Assembly (NCBI GenBank): GCA_036172245.1
Contig: JAYWIR010000051.1
Location: forward strand, 372,001-436,000
Source: Raillietiella orientalis
Lineage: Eukaryota
Length of the DNA stretch: 64,000 nt
Reading direction: 5' to 3'
Made by a program: the position numbers and the translations under genes. The notes below the pieces were generated by a model, which did no database searches, was not told where the DNA came from, and saw nothing but the letters and a program-made list of their open reading frames with translations. Shown here piece by piece: positions 61,101 to 64,000 of the stretch; the first letter of the stretch is position 1, and the number at the start of each line of letters is the position of its first letter.

Positions 61101-64000
61101 AAGGTGACGAGTCGAAGCTGTCGCCCCCTCCAATTTAGTCTCTGAAGAGGCAAAGCTTGGTCCAGGTTTCACGGTCACAGCACCAGAGGGAGGAAAGGAG
61201 CCCCGGAAAGGAGGAGGCAGACAGCAGAGAATGCAGAAGCCGCGACTCGCAACCCCGCAGTAAAGCAGGAATCTACCGCTCTCTTTTTTTTTTTTTGTCC
61301 CCTTCCCACCCTCAGAATAGGCAACGGGTGGCTTGCGGTGGGCACGCCGTGGAATCCTTCATCGGCAGAAGCGCTTCGCGAGTACACTCAAGCACGATGG
61401 ACCTCTTCCTACTTGCTTCCCCTTCCTGAGGATGTTCCACCGCGTCTGGCTGGCGGACTCCCTCGACGTGGCTCGGCGTGGCTTACCGCAAGCTGCCCGC
61501 TGACCATCCAGACTTGCAACTTCCATTCTTCGAAGCACCTCGGGAGCCTCACTCACCAATCACAGCGTCGGCAGCGGATGATGCCCCGTGCTCGCGACCG
61601 CTCTCCCACTTTCCCCGCGTTTCCTTTTCCTACGCGTCCGAGCGTCCTCCCGACCTTCCACCACGACTTTCGCGGGCTCGCGCAACCCTCCGTCCCCTCG
61701 CGTCAGGAGCGTCGGGAGACCCCCGTACGCCAGTGGCCGAATGCACCGCAACTGGACGGGTTGCTGGTCCGCTCCAGGGAAAGGCGAAGGAGAATCACCG
61801 AACCTGGCCGCTCCGCTCCCGAAAAAAGTGCTTTGTTTTCTTACGGCAGAAGCCCTGGGCATCGGCTGAGGTCGCATGCCTCCTCGATCGGCCCTCGTAA
61901 TCACACGGGCGTGCATGCGCGCAGCGCAGCTCGCAGCTGCCGTCCTGCCAAGAAGCAACTGGTCTGAGCAACGTCTCTCCGGTCCTACGCAAGCTTCCTG
62001 GAAAGGCGCTTGCTGCAGATGGGATCAGAAATTTCGCGTCTGCATTTCTTGTCTGGACCGCAAGACGTTCACTGGAACATCCAAATCTTCTTCCCGGTTT
62101 TTTATTTTCATTTTACTTTTTTTTTTCTTCTCGTGCATCGATGACAACCGTTGCCAAGAACGTCCGTTAACAGTTGTCCTCGGTAGTCAGGGAAAAACGT
62201 CTTGACACGAGGATCCCTTGTGCTTTGTTAGTAAAGGATGGAGGTCCACGAACCTTTCGTTCCGGGAAGTTTTCGAGGTTACGAGTGGCAATGTCCACTT
62301 CCTCCCGGCTGTGCACTGGGATGGCTACAACCCCCCCCCCGCCTTTCCACCCCTCTGCAGCCATCTTCATCAAGCCTTGGTCCAGCTCCGCTCCGAAGTG
62401 CTTTGCTTGCCTCATTCTTCAAGGGCGCTACTTCTGCGCGAATGAGGTCGGCGTTTGTGCACGCTTGAGCATTCGCACGAACGTCGAACACATTTGTGCG
62501 GATTCCATGGTATAAGATAGAGGAGGGTCTCCCTCCCCGAGGGGGAAGCAATGGTTCCTGGAAGGACCCCGGAGGGTTAACTTCCCATCCCGGCCACTCA
62601 TCAGGGGCATTCGCGGCGGATGGCACGTCCCCACGGTAGCGAGGATACAAAGTGAAGCGCGAGGATTTTTCTTAATGGCAAGGACGCGTCGAAGGAGAAC
62701 AACGGTCCGGAGAGAAACAGCGCTACAGGAAACAATGGCAGCGGGATCTTCCCGGGTTCCGGTCTGTGCCAAGTCGACACGAGGCACGGCTCAGGAGAGG
62801 GACAAGGGGCACTTGGAGGGGAACGACTTCCTAGGAAAGCATCTCTAGATCCTTAGAGAGAACAGCGAGCCGCAAAAACACCCATAAGAGCGCAGCCTTT
62901 GGAAGCTGAAGAACCCGTCTTCCGGGCAAGCCGAGACGATCGTGGATCCCCTAGGAGAAATCGCGCGTGCCTCCCGTCTCCCGCTGCCAGGTGATGACTA
63001 TAACTTCTTGAGCAACGAGCCGGTGGTGGCTGGGACGACATGCCATGCGCATGGGCACGCACATGCCACGTGCAAATGGGCTTGGAAGTGCCAGAATTGA
63101 TGGCGCTATAAAACATGGCAGATGGCAGACGTTCCAGAAGGTTTCCATAGAGTGGACGAAAAGCGAATGGACAGCCGGAACTCTGCAAATTACAGTTCCC
63201 CCCCCCCCCTTTCCCCTCCCACACGCTTCCCCTCCTTTCCGATCTAGTGACTTCGTTCGTTCTTGATGCTATTTCCGCTCCTTCGGACCCCTCCGGTCTT
63301 CTCTTTTCGTAGAAAAAGCCGCGGGAAGCCGGCGGTAGGAACGCCAGCCGTTGCAAGCGCCCAGGCGCGCGCCAGCACGTGCACGTGACTGTCTGCCCGC
63401 CCCTACCACTGCAACGCGCCTCGGCGCCGCGCAACCCGAAGCGAAAGCGCAGGGGACTCCTGCGGTGGGCTCCCCCGCACTGGGACACCGCGAGACACTC
63501 GACGCAGCATCCACGGTTCCAGCACTCTCGACTAAATGGATGAGAAGACACGTGGCGCACGGGAAGGGAACTCACACACGCGTTTTGGGGCGATGTTTCG
63601 TTTTGGCGAATGAAGAAGAAGTGGCTCAAGTGCAGCCGGAAGACACGAGGCACCCCTGCAAAGCCGGCTACGTGGCCCGAGGAGACCCGCGCTTACGTAA
63701 AGAAATGCAAGGAAGGAGTTTCCATGGCTTCCATCCTTTCCTCGACCAGCCCATCTCCGTCATCGTAAGAGAAGGGCTGGTCCGCGAAGGGAGTTTCGGA
63801 GTGGGGGGCTTCATCGCACGGGTTCGCAACCGCGCTTCTAGCACGCAGCCTTCCGTTCGGCGCCGGGAGTGCCCGCCCTTGCGTTACGAACACGATGCCA
63901 TGGAGCTCCCATCAAACATGCGGGGATCATACAGCGTCCCATTTCCAAAAACACCTCAAACGCCTACCTATCAATGTGACACCTCGCAGGTCAGCCTAGG

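Overview
This is eukaryotic animal DNA, most likely arthropod judging from the gene content and a DRE promoter motif. It holds three recognisable spliced genes. (1) A complete spindle-E/TDRD9 piRNA-pathway DExH helicase on the minus strand, 21 exons, about 1399 aa, 11205-16596. (2) A complete MAGI scaffold (PDZ-GK-WW-WW-5xPDZ) on the plus strand, 14 exons, about 1201 aa, 25008-36083. (3) A 5'-incomplete ARHGAP45/ARHGAP29/GMIP-family F-BAR/C1/RhoGAP gene on the minus strand, 46432-58155. There are also two intact tRNA-Pro genes. Most spn-E and MAGI introns are only 40-58 nt. The non-genic DNA is the more novel part. A 924-bp non-coding element (4200-5123) is flanked by a perfect 13-bp direct repeat and has a tRNA-like pol III head, a degenerate Penelope-type hammerhead motif, internal subrepeats and an A-rich tail. 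Its 3' 596 bp recur inverted at 463-1058. Frameshifted peptide fragments resembling tandem death domains are scattered through most intergenic and long-intron space. All calls come from manual reading; no searches were run.
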